Source: a virus
DNA length: 64,000 nucleotides
Virus record (IMG/VR): IMGVR_UViG_3300045988_123611
Reading direction: 5' to 3' (one strand)
The translations under genes and the position numbers were made by a program. The notes under the pieces were generated by a model. The model did not search any database and had not been told where the DNA came from. It was given only the letters and a program-made list of their open reading frames with translations. Every line of letters starts with the position of its first letter. The first letter of the stretch is position 1. Positions 40,056 through 48,873 of the stretch are shown here, piece by piece.

Positions 40056-40154
40056 TTTAGTCCCCCTTTATTTGTTGTATACATCTTACCACATTATAGG
40101 ATTTTTGTCTATTGGCATTTTACACAAAAATTCGTGTGAAAATTTGTTGGACTT

Positions 40155-40282
40155 ACATCTTGACAAAAAACTCGGCGCGCCACAATCGTGCACGCGCCGC
40201 CAATTTTATCACATTCAAGGAACTTTGTCAATAGTGAAATTAAACAAAAAAAATCACCCAAATTGGGTGATTTTTTATTTAG
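40155..40282 (+). ncRNA. Plus-strand mini transcription unit, copy 4
   Basis: CTTGACAAAAAACTCGGCGCGCCACAATCG, GCGCGCCGCC hairpin, AATTTTATCACATTCAAGGAACTTTGTCAATAG, terminator ATCACCCAAATTGGGTGAT. Confidence 0.45.
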
Positions 40283-40287
40283 TTTTT

Positions 40288-40470
40288 TTACGCTTCAAGG
40301 TCTTCGAGAATGGGGACGAGCTTATCTTCAAGAAGCTCGATGCGCTTAATCATTTCATTCCCCGTAGTATTTTTTGAAGAATACTTTTCCTGAACGCCAT
40401 GTCGTGCCATCAGGCACACAGCCTTGACAGTCTCACTAAGTTTCTTATTCTTCATTTTTCTTATCTCCAT
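40288..40470 (-). CDS. hypothetical protein (60 aa)
   Basis: ORF. Confidence 0.4.
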   Translation of the reverse strand: MEIRKMKNKKLSETVKAVCLMARHGVQEKYSSKNTTGNEMIKRIELLEDKLVPILEDLEA

Positions 40471-40565
40471 TTAATTTATTTTTTGGAAAGGGTGTCGGTT
40501 GTTTCAGGCACAACCGCCAAAGCCATTAGAAAGGGGAGAAAAACACGAACAAAAGTTCGGTTTTG

Positions 40566-40814
40566 TCAAGGAATAATCAGTTCCGCGTCATAGACAGGCC
40601 GAACCATGCAGGGCGCGCCAAAGCAGTCGAGATTGTAAGTGTCCAAATTGAGAGCGTTCCATTCTTCTGCGCCGGTATTTTCATCAACCACTGACGCGGT
40701 TTTGATGTAATAGACGTTTCCGGAAGCGGGGTCTTGAAAAATCATACCCTCGGGGAGGTCTTCAAATGCAACCATTTTGTTGCTATGCTTAACAGTAATT
40801 TTCATTTTATTCAC
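40566..40814 (-). CDS. hypothetical protein (82 aa)
   Basis: ORF. Confidence 0.45.
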   Translation of the reverse strand: MNKMKITVKHSNKMVAFEDLPEGMIFQDPASGNVYYIKTASVVDENTGAEEWNALNLDTYNLDCFGAPCMVRPVYDAELIIP

Positions 40815-41166
40815 TCCTTGTTATAACGTTCATAAGCCCGTTCGATAACTTCATGACTCGTGGTAGACCATTCTTTTTTGGGGCTGTCAAACTTGTCCGT
40901 GTATTTTTTGATATAATCGTTGTATTCCATACGCGCGGTATCGTATGCTCCAATAGCCACAAGCAAGGACTGTTTTGCCTTTTCAGCATCGGAAACGGCT
41001 TTCTTGCGGTCAGCACCATCGGGGTAAAGGTTAATCACTCCTACGCGCGTAATGACTTGCCTTGTCTTTTTGTCCATGTAATCGATCTTCTCCCAAAGTT
41101 CATAGGTCATTTCCTCAACGCGCATTTCATATGGGTTAAAAGATTTCTTTTTCTTACCGAACATTT
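40811..41166 (-). CDS. hypothetical protein (~118 aa)
   Basis: AAAAGGAGAAAAAGAAAA-ATG before MFGKKKKSF. Confidence 0.45.
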
Positions 41167-41492
41167 TTCTTTTTCTCCTTTTCCTGTTTATTCCACATTC
41201 TATCAAAGAACGCATTTGCGAGGACACGCTTGTAAAGGTTGTCAGGCATGGGGCGCTCGCCATGCTTGTTTCTCCATATCGCGGTGATTTTATCAATATC
41301 CGCGATATAGGCTGTAATGAGTGTGCCGTCCTTGGCACTACGAATAAGTAGAATACCGGTCGTAGTGATAGTGTAGAGAACATCGTCCTCAACGCTGTCG
41401 ATATATGGTTCGCCGATTCCTACATTATCATAGATGAAGAGCAGGCGGTCAATGCGGTCTTGCGTGGCGTGTTTTGACATTTTGATAAGCAT
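41154..41492 (-). CDS. hypothetical protein (112 aa)
   Basis: AAGAGGAAAAAAAGAGGTAAATAAA-ATG. Confidence 0.5.
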   Translation of the reverse strand: MLIKMSKHATQDRIDRLLFIYDNVGIGEPYIDSVEDDVLYTITTTGILLIRSAKDGTLITAYIADIDKITAIWRNKHGERPMPDNLYKRVLANAFFDRMWNKQEKEKKKNVR

Positions 41493-41567
41493 TTTATTTA
41501 CCTCTTTTTTTCCTCTTGGATTGATTATATTGTATCACAGGAAAGGGCTTTTGTCAAGCCCTTTTTA

Positions 41568-41774
41568 TCAGAAATAATAATTTCTGATGATTGCATCGAA
41601 CTTGGGGGCATATACGTTTTTCCACTGCTCTTCCAGAGTTTTGTCATTCGTGCGATATAATTCCCACGAGACTGCGCCATAAGCATTATGCTTGAAAAGC
41701 TCGGCATCACTGGGCATCTGCTCAGCATAGAGAAGCTGGGTCTTGACAAAAGAGTGAATATTGTAGTTAGTCAT
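41568..41774 (-). CDS. hypothetical protein (~68 aa, start MTNYNIH)
   Basis: GGAAAGATGAGGTAAATAAA-ATG. Confidence 0.4.
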   Translation of the reverse strand: MTNYNIHSFVKTQLLYAEQMPSDAELFKHNAYGAVSWELYRTNDKTLEEQWKNVYAPKFDAIIRNYYF

Positions 41775-41894
41775 TTTATTTACCTCATCTTTCCGTTCCC
41801 CTTGGAACAATTATAGTATAGCAAATGCTTAGGCATTTGTCTATTGACGGATCGCACAAAATCGGGAAAAATAATTTGTGCAAATTTTCGCAAC

Positions 41895-42050
41895 TTTTTG
41901 CTTGACAAATTGCTGGCCCTGTGATATAATGGAAATTCCGGGCGCGTGGGCCGTGCGCGCCCGGCCGAACAGTCATTGTTAAAATTTTAACAAAAATGAA
42001 ATAGAAAGGGCGCGGTAATTATCAGCTACCGCGCAAACCATAGTATGAAA
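41895..42050 (+). ncRNA. Plus-strand mini transcription unit, copy 5
   Basis: CTTGACAAATTGCTGGCCCTGTGATATAAT, CCGGGCGCGTGGGCCGTGCGCGCCCGG hairpin, terminator GCGCGGTAATTATCAGCTACCGCGC. Confidence 0.45.
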
Positions 42051-42178
42051 AATTTGTTTACTACTTCAAGAGGCTTACCATTTCCTCTTGACATGATTAT
42101 AATACCACAATGGGGCGAGTTTGTCAATAGTTTTTTGAAAAAAAATTTCAGGCGAGATAATTAAATCTCGCCTGAAAA

Positions 42179-42385
42179 TTACACGTCCCACATGGCTTCC
42201 GCAATCCAGAAGTAGTCATAGCGGAGTTTTGACTGAATCGCAAACAAGGCGTCCGCGATTTCTTTGCCGTCTCTGCGATCTTCCGTATCTGAAAATTTCT
42301 GGCTTTCTTTCGCAATTCTTTGAGCCAACTTTTCAAGGGCGTCTGCCTGTTCTCTCAAAGCCTGCGGGATAGGTTTTTCATTCAT
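42179..42385 (-). CDS. hypothetical protein (~68 aa)
   Basis: AAAGGGGGAAACAAATA-ATG. Confidence 0.45.
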   Translation of the reverse strand: MNEKPIPQALREQADALEKLAQRIAKESQKFSDTEDRRDGKEIADALFAIQSKLRYDYFWIAEAMWDV

Positions 42386-42734
42386 TATTTGTTTCCCCCT
42401 TTGCAAAGTTAGAGGTTAGCTCTAACGTATGTCCGCATTCATCGCAATACCAATAGTAATAAACTGTTCCATACCGGCCATGAGAAGCATTTACAAATTT
42501 CATTTCATTTCCGCAGATGGAGCAATAGCCGTCACTCCATGCTTTTTTATCGGCGTTGTGGTCTGCAACTACTGCACCCGTCATACCATAGCCAAGGGCG
42601 CATGAAATGAGAAGACCAACCAACAGTCTGACTATTGGGTGAGACTTGTCCATGTTGCACCAACAGACAAGGCAGACAAACAGCGCAAGGATTGCGCTAA
42701 AAATTCCGCCAACAATTAAGAATTCCGTTCCCAT
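42378..42734 (-). CDS. membrane protein with C-terminal zinc ribbon (~118 aa)
   Basis: TM segment then CSICGN...CDECGH. Confidence 0.5.
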   Translation of the reverse strand: MGTEFLIVGGIFSAILALFVCLVCWCNMDKSHPIVRLLVGLLISCALGYGMTGAVVADHNADKKAWSDGYCSICGNEMKFVNASHGRYGTVYYYWYCDECGHTLELTSNFAKGETNNE

Positions 42735-42807
42735 TTTTATTTCCCCTTTCCGCATTTAATGCATTGAGCGTGCGTTCAGCACTTTCCATCGCAATAAGGA
42801 CATTTCA

Positions 42808-42921
42808 TTTTAATTCCCCTTTCTCAAACTCTCTTCAATTTCTTCCCATTCGCTTCTGAACAATTCAATGTTCGTATTGCAGATACACTCTAAAATAGCT
42901 TTAATCTGTTCCTCAGTAAAT
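42808..42921 (-). CDS. 37-aa hypothetical peptide
   Basis: GGAAAGGGGAATAAAAAA-ATG start. Manual translation. Confidence 0.3.
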
Positions 42922-43003
42922 TTCATTTTTTTATTCCCCTTTCCTTTGATACATTAAGTATAGCAAAAAAAGGGCTTTTTGTCAAGCCCTTTTTCTTATT
43001 TTT

Positions 43004-43360
43004 TTATTCTTTTTCTCGAATGGAATAATAAACCTTACTCCCTCGCGGCCTGCGTTTGAGTTTATGGTCGAGGTATAACTGCATACAATACCAAGTGAAT
43101 TTGCCGTTGGCATACTCATAGCCATACTTTTTGAATGCCATAAACTGCATTTCAGTCGGCGTGATAGGTCTGCCCGCCTCGTTCAGCAGTTCAAAGACGA
43201 GTTTAATCATCTGCTGATTTTTCCATTCGCGTTCCTCGCGGTCGGCTTTTAAGTCTCTTTCATATTTGTCGCAAGCGTGTTCTGCGATACTCAGATCAAT
43301 GGGCGAGAGAGTGCCCGACGCGATAGCCTTTTTCAAAACTTCATAGATATCCTTGTTCAT
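43004..43360 (-). CDS. hypothetical protein (118 aa)
   Basis: ORF. Confidence 0.5.
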   Translation of the reverse strand: MNKDIYEVLKKAIASGTLSPIDLSIAEHACDKYERDLKADREEREWKNQQMIKLVFELLNEAGRPITPTEMQFMAFKKYGYEYANGKFTWYCMQLYLDHKLKRRPRGSKVYYSIREKE

Positions 43361-43460
43361 TGTAGTTTCCCCTTTCCTTTATTGTGCTTTTATTATAGCA
43401 TCTGTTTTTGGATTTGTCAAGGGCTTTTTGGAAAAAGAGGGAAAAATTTTCCTTCTTTAT

Positions 43461-43733
43461 TTATCCCCAATAAATCGAAAGAACGTTGTCAATGTAGCTG
43501 GCTTTATAACCATAATTCTGCATGATATCTTTGCAAGCCTGCCTGACCTTCTTGTCATTTATTGAAGCAAGAGAACACTCGTAAAGTGTTTCTCCCGTTC
43601 CTGACACTCGCTCAATTTCTGGCATGATGTGGTCTTCGATGAACGCACGCGCGAGAGCATTGTTTTTAGCTTGGATTTCTTTGCGGACTTCTTCGGCTTT
43701 GCGCGTCATTTCATAAGCATATTTAATTTCCAT
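43461..43733 (-). CDS. hypothetical protein (90 aa)
   Basis: ORF. Confidence 0.5.
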   Translation of the reverse strand: MEIKYAYEMTRKAEEVRKEIQAKNNALARAFIEDHIMPEIERVSGTGETLYECSLASINDKKVRQACKDIMQNYGYKASYIDNVLSIYWG

Positions 43734-43812
43734 GGTGTTTCTCCCTTTCCTTTATTGTATTTTTATTGTAGCATATAGGGCTTGTTTTGTCAAGCCCTAT
43801 ATGCAATTTTTT

Positions 43813-44121
43813 TTAGCAGTAAGCCAGATTCCCGCGTGCCCAGCCATATACGCTGATTTGATTGCACGCCTTGCCAATTTCAAGCGCCTGCTTCTTGGTC
43901 TGCACCCTCTTGGACTTGTCAACATAATAGATGCCGTTCGCAAGCCATACACCGCAGTTTCCGCCATATTCCTTAACCGCGTTGATAGCTTCGCGGGCGG
44001 TCTTACATTCAACGCCGTTGGTAGCGACCTGCCAGCCGGACTTGTAGTTGACTTTCTTGCCATATTTGAGGGTCATGCCGTCGTTTTCAGTGAGCTTGCG
44101 AATAGAACGAATGTTAATCAT
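43813..44121 (-). CDS. hypothetical protein (~102 aa, start MINIRSIRKL)
   Basis: AAACCGGAAAGGGATAACAAC-ATG. Confidence 0.45.
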   Translation of the reverse strand: MINIRSIRKLTENDGMTLKYGKKVNYKSGWQVATNGVECKTAREAINAVKEYGGNCGVWLANGIYYVDKSKRVQTKKQALEIGKACNQISVYGWARGNLAYC

Positions 44122-44244
44122 GTTGTTATCCCTTTCCGGTTTGGTAGGTTTTCCTTCCCTTACTGTGATTATAGTATAGCACCGATTCGGGATTTTGTCT
44201 ATTGACATTATGCACAAAGATTTGCCCCAAAAATTTGTGCAATC

Positions 44245-44375
44245 CGCCTATTGACAAAAACTCGGCGCGCCAGGTCCGATCGCGCGCCGCCCAATTATAC
44301 CACAAAGTTTTGAAATTGTCAATAGGCAAAATATACAAAAAAATCTCCCCATTTTTGGGGAGATTTTCATTTTAT
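44245..44375 (+). ncRNA. Plus-strand mini transcription unit, copy 6
   Basis: ATTGACAAAAACTCGGCGCGCCAGGTCCGATCGCGCGCCGCC, CAATTATACCACAAAG, TTGTCAATAGGCAAAATA, terminator ATCTCCCCATTTTTGGGGAGAT. Confidence 0.45.
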
Positions 44376-44378
44376 TTT

Positions 44379-44618
44379 TTAACCATCAACATAAATGATA
44401 AGAACATCATCTTTGGCTTTCAAACCGCTGACCGGCAGTCCCAGCACCCATTCTTCGCTTGCGCCCAAAGCATCGCCGTTCAGAGTCATGCGACCTTTGC
44501 GGTCTTTGAGATAGCGACCGCAAGTGTTTTCATTTATCACTTCAACGCCGTTCCCCTCATAGAACATCAGCGCGCCTTTTACCAGACCAATCACATTTTT
44601 AACCATGCCCAAAGTCAT
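44379..44618 (-). CDS. hypothetical protein (79 aa)
   Basis: GAAAGAGGTTAACAAAA-ATG. Confidence 0.45.
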   Translation of the reverse strand: MTLGMVKNVIGLVKGALMFYEGNGVEVINENTCGRYLKDRKGRMTLNGDALGASEEWVLGLPVSGLKAKDDVLIIYVDG

Positions 44619-44747
44619 TTTTGTTAACCTCTTTCATCTTTAATGTCGTTCCCTTGGAACAATTATAGTATAGCATGAAGTATAGTAAAAATCAATAGGC
44701 AAAATAGATAAAAACTCGGCAGGATTTTGTGTATCCTGCCGAGTTTC

Positions 44748-44942
44748 TTATTCCTCCCAGCTCTCAATGACTTCGCCGGTCATTGCATCGATGATGTCCA
44801 CCGAGAGGACGTTATCCGCGTCCATGAACTTCTGCCCGAGGGCATAGGCATTTTCCTGTCCCGCGACAGACACTTCATAGCGGTAATGCCCCATGTCGCC
44901 CGCCTTATAATTGTAGTAGTTGACAGAAACGATAAATAACAT
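44748..44942 (-). CDS. hypothetical protein (64 aa)
   Basis: AAAGGAAAGGGGATAAAAAAA-ATG. Confidence 0.45.
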   Translation of the reverse strand: MLFIVSVNYYNYKAGDMGHYRYEVSVAGQENAYALGQKFMDADNVLSVDIIDAMTGEVIESWEE

Positions 44943-45047
44943 TTTTTTTATCCCCTTTCCTTTTATACTCTTATTATACCACAGATTCGAGATTTGTCAA
45001 TAGTTTTTTGAAAAAAATTTGAAAAAAAAATAAGGGCGTTTCCGCCC

Positions 45048-45302
45048 TTATTCTTCATAAACGATGATATTGTTGCCTTGCTTTTCAACGCGGGAATCTT
45101 CGCAAAAGTGATAAGTGAATTCCACAGAGAGATGTTTGAGAAATTCGCGTCTCCATTCGCGGGGCTTCGGCTCTAATTCAAAGAGAATGTAAAGCGTTTC
45201 CTCTAACCGGTCAAGGAAGTTTTCAGTATCCGCAACGTTGAATTTGCCCGCAAGCTTCGGTTCAAGAGAAGCGCCAATAGTGAGAATGTTGTAAGTAGTC
45301 AT
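45048..45302 (-). CDS. hypothetical protein (84 aa)
   Basis: ORF. Confidence 0.45.
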   Translation of the reverse strand: MTTYNILTIGASLEPKLAGKFNVADTENFLDRLEETLYILFELEPKPREWRREFLKHLSVEFTYHFCEDSRVEKQGNNIIVYEE

Positions 45303-45404
45303 GGTTTTTACCCCCTTCCTTTATTGTATCTACATTATACCATCTGCTTTTGGATTTGTCAAGTGTTTTTTATAAAAAAATAAGGGCTTTTTCAGCCCTT
45401 ATTC

Positions 45405-45566
45405 TTAGTACTTGACCCACGTGTTGGCTAACTTCCGCTCAATGGTCGCGGGCTTCGTCAAAGTCTTCGCATACGCTTGTGCTTCTTTCTTAGTCTTGAA
45501 GTAGGTCGGCAGGTAGTAGCCAAGGCGAGCGCTGTAATTATCTTCGGTGTAAACTCTGTATTTCAT
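45405..45566 (-). CDS. hypothetical protein (~53 aa)
   Basis: AAAGGAAAGGGGAAAACAAAAG-ATG. Confidence 0.35.
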   Translation of the reverse strand: MKYRVYTEDNYSARLGYYLPTYFKTKKEAQAYAKTLTKPATIERKLANTWVKY

Positions 45567-45654
45567 CTTTTGTTTTCCCCTTTCCTTTACTATAATTATA
45601 ATACCACAGACCGCGGAGAATGTCAAGAGTTTTTTATAAAAAAAGAGAAGTTTT

Positions 45655-45774
45655 TCAACTTCTCTTTCTGCGATGAATCGCTCTCTTTACGCGGTGCTCC
45701 ACGTATTCGATGAGCGCACCCGCGCCGATAACACCAACATAGATAGCGAGAAGAACAAGACCGTCATGAGTAGA
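45655..45774 (-). CDS. 39-aa single-TM peptide
   Basis: AAAGAAAGAGGTAAATCAA-ATG before MSTHDGLVLLAIYVGVIGAG. Confidence 0.3.
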   Translation of the reverse strand, partial: STHDGLVLLAIYVGVIGAGALIEYVEHRVKRAIHRRKRS

Positions 45775-45856
45775 CATTTGATTTACCTCTTTCTTTCTTT
45801 TGATGTATTCATTATACCAAACAAAGGGGCTTTTGTCAAGCCCCTTTTTTATTTTT

Positions 45857-46075
45857 TTACAGTTCTTTTCCAACCTTAACAAATACGATTTTCTCCGGTA
45901 AGACTTCGATGCCCTTAATGCCCGCTTCATTGACTTCCTTGTTCGTGCAAGTCCACCCAAACTCATCTAATGCGTCCCATTCATCGTTCCCGCTGGGAGT
46001 CCAAGTGTTGAATCCATCATCAATCATCACGTCATAGCCCTTGCTGTAAGTCTCCATAATCTGTTCGATAGTCAT
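45857..46075 (-). CDS. hypothetical protein (~72 aa)
   Basis: AAAGGAAAGGGGAATACAACAA-ATG. Confidence 0.45.
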   Translation of the reverse strand: MTIEQIMETYSKGYDVMIDDGFNTWTPSGNDEWDALDEFGWTCTNKEVNEAGIKGIEVLPEKIVFVKVGKEL

Positions 46076-46258
46076 TTGTTGTATTCCCCTTTCCTTTGAT
46101 GATACTATTATAGCATTTCGGGATAGGAATGTCAAGTGGTTTTTGGCAAAAAATGGAAAAAATTTTGCTTTAACGCTTTACTGTGGTAAAGTTCGGGCTG
46201 GGACGCCCTACACGCGCACTACGGCGCAAGAGAAAGAGCGGGAAGCCCGCTCCCGCCC

Positions 46259-46468
46259 TTAATACATTTCGCTATTGGGTTTAACTGTGAAATACTCGAC
46301 ATTCCGCAAGTCGAGCTTGCCATAGGATTTGTCATTATACATTGTAGCACCTGTCGCGAGTAAGTCATTCATCTTACCTGCAATCTCCATAGCGCGCTGT
46401 TCCTCGAACGCCTGCTGGAAGAGATAGCCCTGACCGCCCTTAGTGTAATAAACAATGCCGTAAATCAT
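46259..46468 (-). CDS. hypothetical protein (69 aa)
   Basis: AAAGGAAAGGGGAATGAAAA-ATG. Confidence 0.45.
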   Translation of the reverse strand: MIYGIVYYTKGGQGYLFQQAFEEQRAMEIAGKMNDLLATGATMYNDKSYGKLDLRNVEYFTVKPNSEMY

Positions 46469-46599
46469 TTTTCATTCCCCTTTCCTTTTGTGATTATAGA
46501 ATACCACACTCTAACTGATTTGTCAAGACCTTTTTGAGAAAAAATCTTTGTTAATTTTTTAACAATCTACGCCGTTGGAAAGAGAGCATTACTGCTCCC

Positions 46600-46890
46600 T
46601 TATTCTGCGTAAAGACTTATCAATTCATTTATCTTTTCAATGGCTTCATCAATGTCATCGAGGTAGTTGTCTGCTAACATACTTGCATGGCTGGCTTCCT
46701 CATAATCATCATACGCGTCGCTGAGTTCCTGTGTGCCAAACTTGTCTGCCTGTTCGAGTGCATCTACCTCGTGCCATGCCCTCGACATCTCACCACGCTT
46801 AACCTGACAGTCGCGGAACGCCTGCTTGCTTTCGTTCATTAAACGTTCCTTTTCTGCTTTGAGAGCCTTGTAAAAATCCTGATTAGTCAT
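46600..46890 (-). CDS. hypothetical protein (~96 aa)
   Basis: AATAAGAAAGGGGAATACTCAA-ATG. Confidence 0.45.
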   Translation of the reverse strand: MTNQDFYKALKAEKERLMNESKQAFRDCQVKRGEMSRAWHEVDALEQADKFGTQELSDAYDDYEEASHASMLADNYLDDIDEAIEKINELISLYAE

Positions 46891-47018
46891 TTGAGTATTC
46901 CCCTTTCTTATTGTATCTACATTGTAGCACATTACCGCGCATTTGTCAAGACCTTTTTACTCTTCTCTGCTTGTTAATTTTTTAACAATCTTCGCCGATC
47001 CGCAAGAAAGAGAGAGAC

Positions 47019-47381
47019 TTAATAAGCCTCTCTCCATACCTTAATGATTGTATCATCTTCCACAGTATCAGTGTCATTGTCGTTAATCCACAAGAGCAAG
47101 AAGTCGTTGTCATCAATGTTGAGTGCTTCTACGTTCCACAGGTTGTCCTGCTCATCAATGAGCGTCAGGGTATCGTCTTCGCGTGCGTAGACCTCTGCGC
47201 CGACGAAACGAATGCTTCCGCGCTCCGTACCTGCACCGCACCAATTCTCAATGACCGAGAGGTCGTAGGACTGGGGTGCTTCCTCACAGGCTTCCGCCGT
47301 TGTGTGGTCGTGGAATCCGAAGAAAGACACGGAAAGAATGATGGCAATGGCCATGGTGATGATTTTGGAAACGTTCTTCAT
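47019..47381 (-). CDS. secreted acidic protein with signal peptide (120 aa)
   Basis: N-terminus MKNVSKIITMAIAIILSVSFFG. Confidence 0.5.
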   Translation of the reverse strand: MKNVSKIITMAIAIILSVSFFGFHDHTTAEACEEAPQSYDLSVIENWCGAGTERGSIRFVGAEVYAREDDTLTLIDEQDNLWNVEALNIDDNDFLLLWINDNDTDTVEDDTIIKVWREAY

Positions 47382-47429
47382 TTTGATTTACCTCTTTCTT
47401 TTTGATGATACAAGTATAGCACATGACTA

Positions 47430-47600
47430 CTGGATTGTCAATAGTCATTTTGCACAAATGTGATGGCGTAGTTTCGGGTATTTTGACTATTGTGCATTAT
47501 GACGAAGTTTCGGCGAGAAATTTGTGCAAACTACTGATTTTTATAAAACTCGGCTCGCCACTACCGCCAGCGAGCCGAGCAACGTTTACCGGGGTGTTTG
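47430..47600 (+). ncRNA. Degenerate seventh copy of the plus-strand unit. Has TTGTCAATAG and three TTTGTGCA boxes but lacks the TTGACA-N17-TATAAT promoter and the CCGGCCG-type GC hairpin.
   Basis: Hairpin CTCGGCTCGCCACTACCGCCAGCGAGCCGAG. Confidence 0.3.
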
Positions 47601-47754
47601 TGCGGGATGGCATCGTGCGTTCCGCAAAAGAGCGAGAGTAAGGCTGGTATACTCTCAGAGAATAAACGAGTTAGAACCTTATGGATGGGGGTGTATTTCG
47701 GGAAAAAATTTTTTTTGATTTGTGTTTTTTCTTTTGCGTGGACAAAACACAATC

Positions 47755-47860
47755 CAAATCAATTTTCAATTTCAGAATACGGTTTAAAACAACAAATCAA
47801 TTTTCAATTTCAGATTACGATTACAAATCAATTTTCAATTTCAAATTACGAAACAAAATA
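47755..47860. repeat. Three tandem ~30-bp repeats CAAATCAATTTTCAATTTCA(G/A)A(A/T)TACG at the early/late module junction
   Basis: Direct inspection. Confidence 0.65.
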
Positions 47861-47868
47861 ATAATTTT

Positions 47869-48005
47869 AAATCACGATTTCTTTTTTCTACCTCTTTTAG
47901 GTTTTTCACCCCACATAAGAGTGTATAATCCAGAAGTAGCAGAATAAGTAGCTTTCTGCTGATACTTTTTAGCAACTGCCTTCAAGGGACTGAGTGGTTT
48001 CCGCA
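47869..48005 (-). CDS. small basic protein (~45 aa)
   Basis: GGAGGAAAAATTAA-ATG start. Manual translation. Confidence 0.3.
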
Positions 48006-48364
48006 TTTAATTTTTCCTCCATATATTCGATTAATTTATCTCTATATTTACAACTATCAATATATCTGTTAATAGTATTTATATCATATTTTTCCATTAA
48101 ATGTTCTAATACATATTTATATTTATTTAATAAATATTCTTCTTGTTCTGTCCTCGTGCTTAATTGAGCTTTTTCCGCATCAGATAAAGGCTTATAAGTA
48201 ATTGTTCTTGATCCATTAGCTTTTTGCTCAATACGTATTGTTTTAAATTTTTTCCAATCTCTTAAAAAGGGATCTTTATCTCTGGTAGCATTAAAATATT
48301 CTTGTTCTAATCTAAATATTACTGCGTCTATCCCTCTTACTTCAAAAGGCTGGTTCCGCCTCAT
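47969..48364 (-). CDS. hypothetical protein (~131 aa from M12)
   Basis: GGGAGG RBS before MRRNQPFEV. TAA stop. Confidence 0.45.
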   Translation of the reverse strand: MRRNQPFEVRGIDAVIFRLEQEYFNATRDKDPFLRDWKKFKTIRIEQKANGSRTITYKPLSDAEKAQLSTRTEQEEYLLNKYKYVLEHLMEKYDINTINRYIDSCKYRDKLIEYMEEKLNAETTQSLEGSC

Positions 48365-48720
48365 CTTCGATATCCTCCCATTCAAATGTTCCATCATCTA
48401 ATTCATATACAAATGCTTGTTTATAAAATGATGAAACAATTCCATCATTTGCAATTCCTTTTGGACTATTTTTTGCATCATGAAAACAATTATAAACAAT
48501 TAATCCTTGCGTTTCATATCGTGAAAAATCTACTGCCCTTCCCTCAAAATCATAATTATAAAATATATTTAACAATAGCATACACTCATATTGTGCGATT
48601 GGCCATTTATTCAATTCTTTTTGCTAATTTGCCATTTTTTGGTACAATACCCAAAAAGCTTTTCTATATAACCATAAAAAAAGGAGTGATGCTACTAACG
48701 CACAACTCAATAATATAATA
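48342..48720 (-). CDS. membrane-anchored hypothetical protein with one in-frame TAG (~125 aa)
   Basis: AAAAGGAGTATTT-ATG before METIFIILLSCALVASLLF...MAN(tag)QKELNKWPIAQYE. Confidence 0.4.
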
Positions 48721-48873
48721 AAAATAGTTTCCATAAATACTCCTTTTCTTTTTTCTTATAATAATAATAAAATAAAAATAAAGAAATGTCAAGTCATGGA
48801 GCGTGATTGGGCAAAAGTTATTTGTTTTATTAAAAAAATTTTTAAATATAAAAAGAAAAAATTTTAAATGAAA

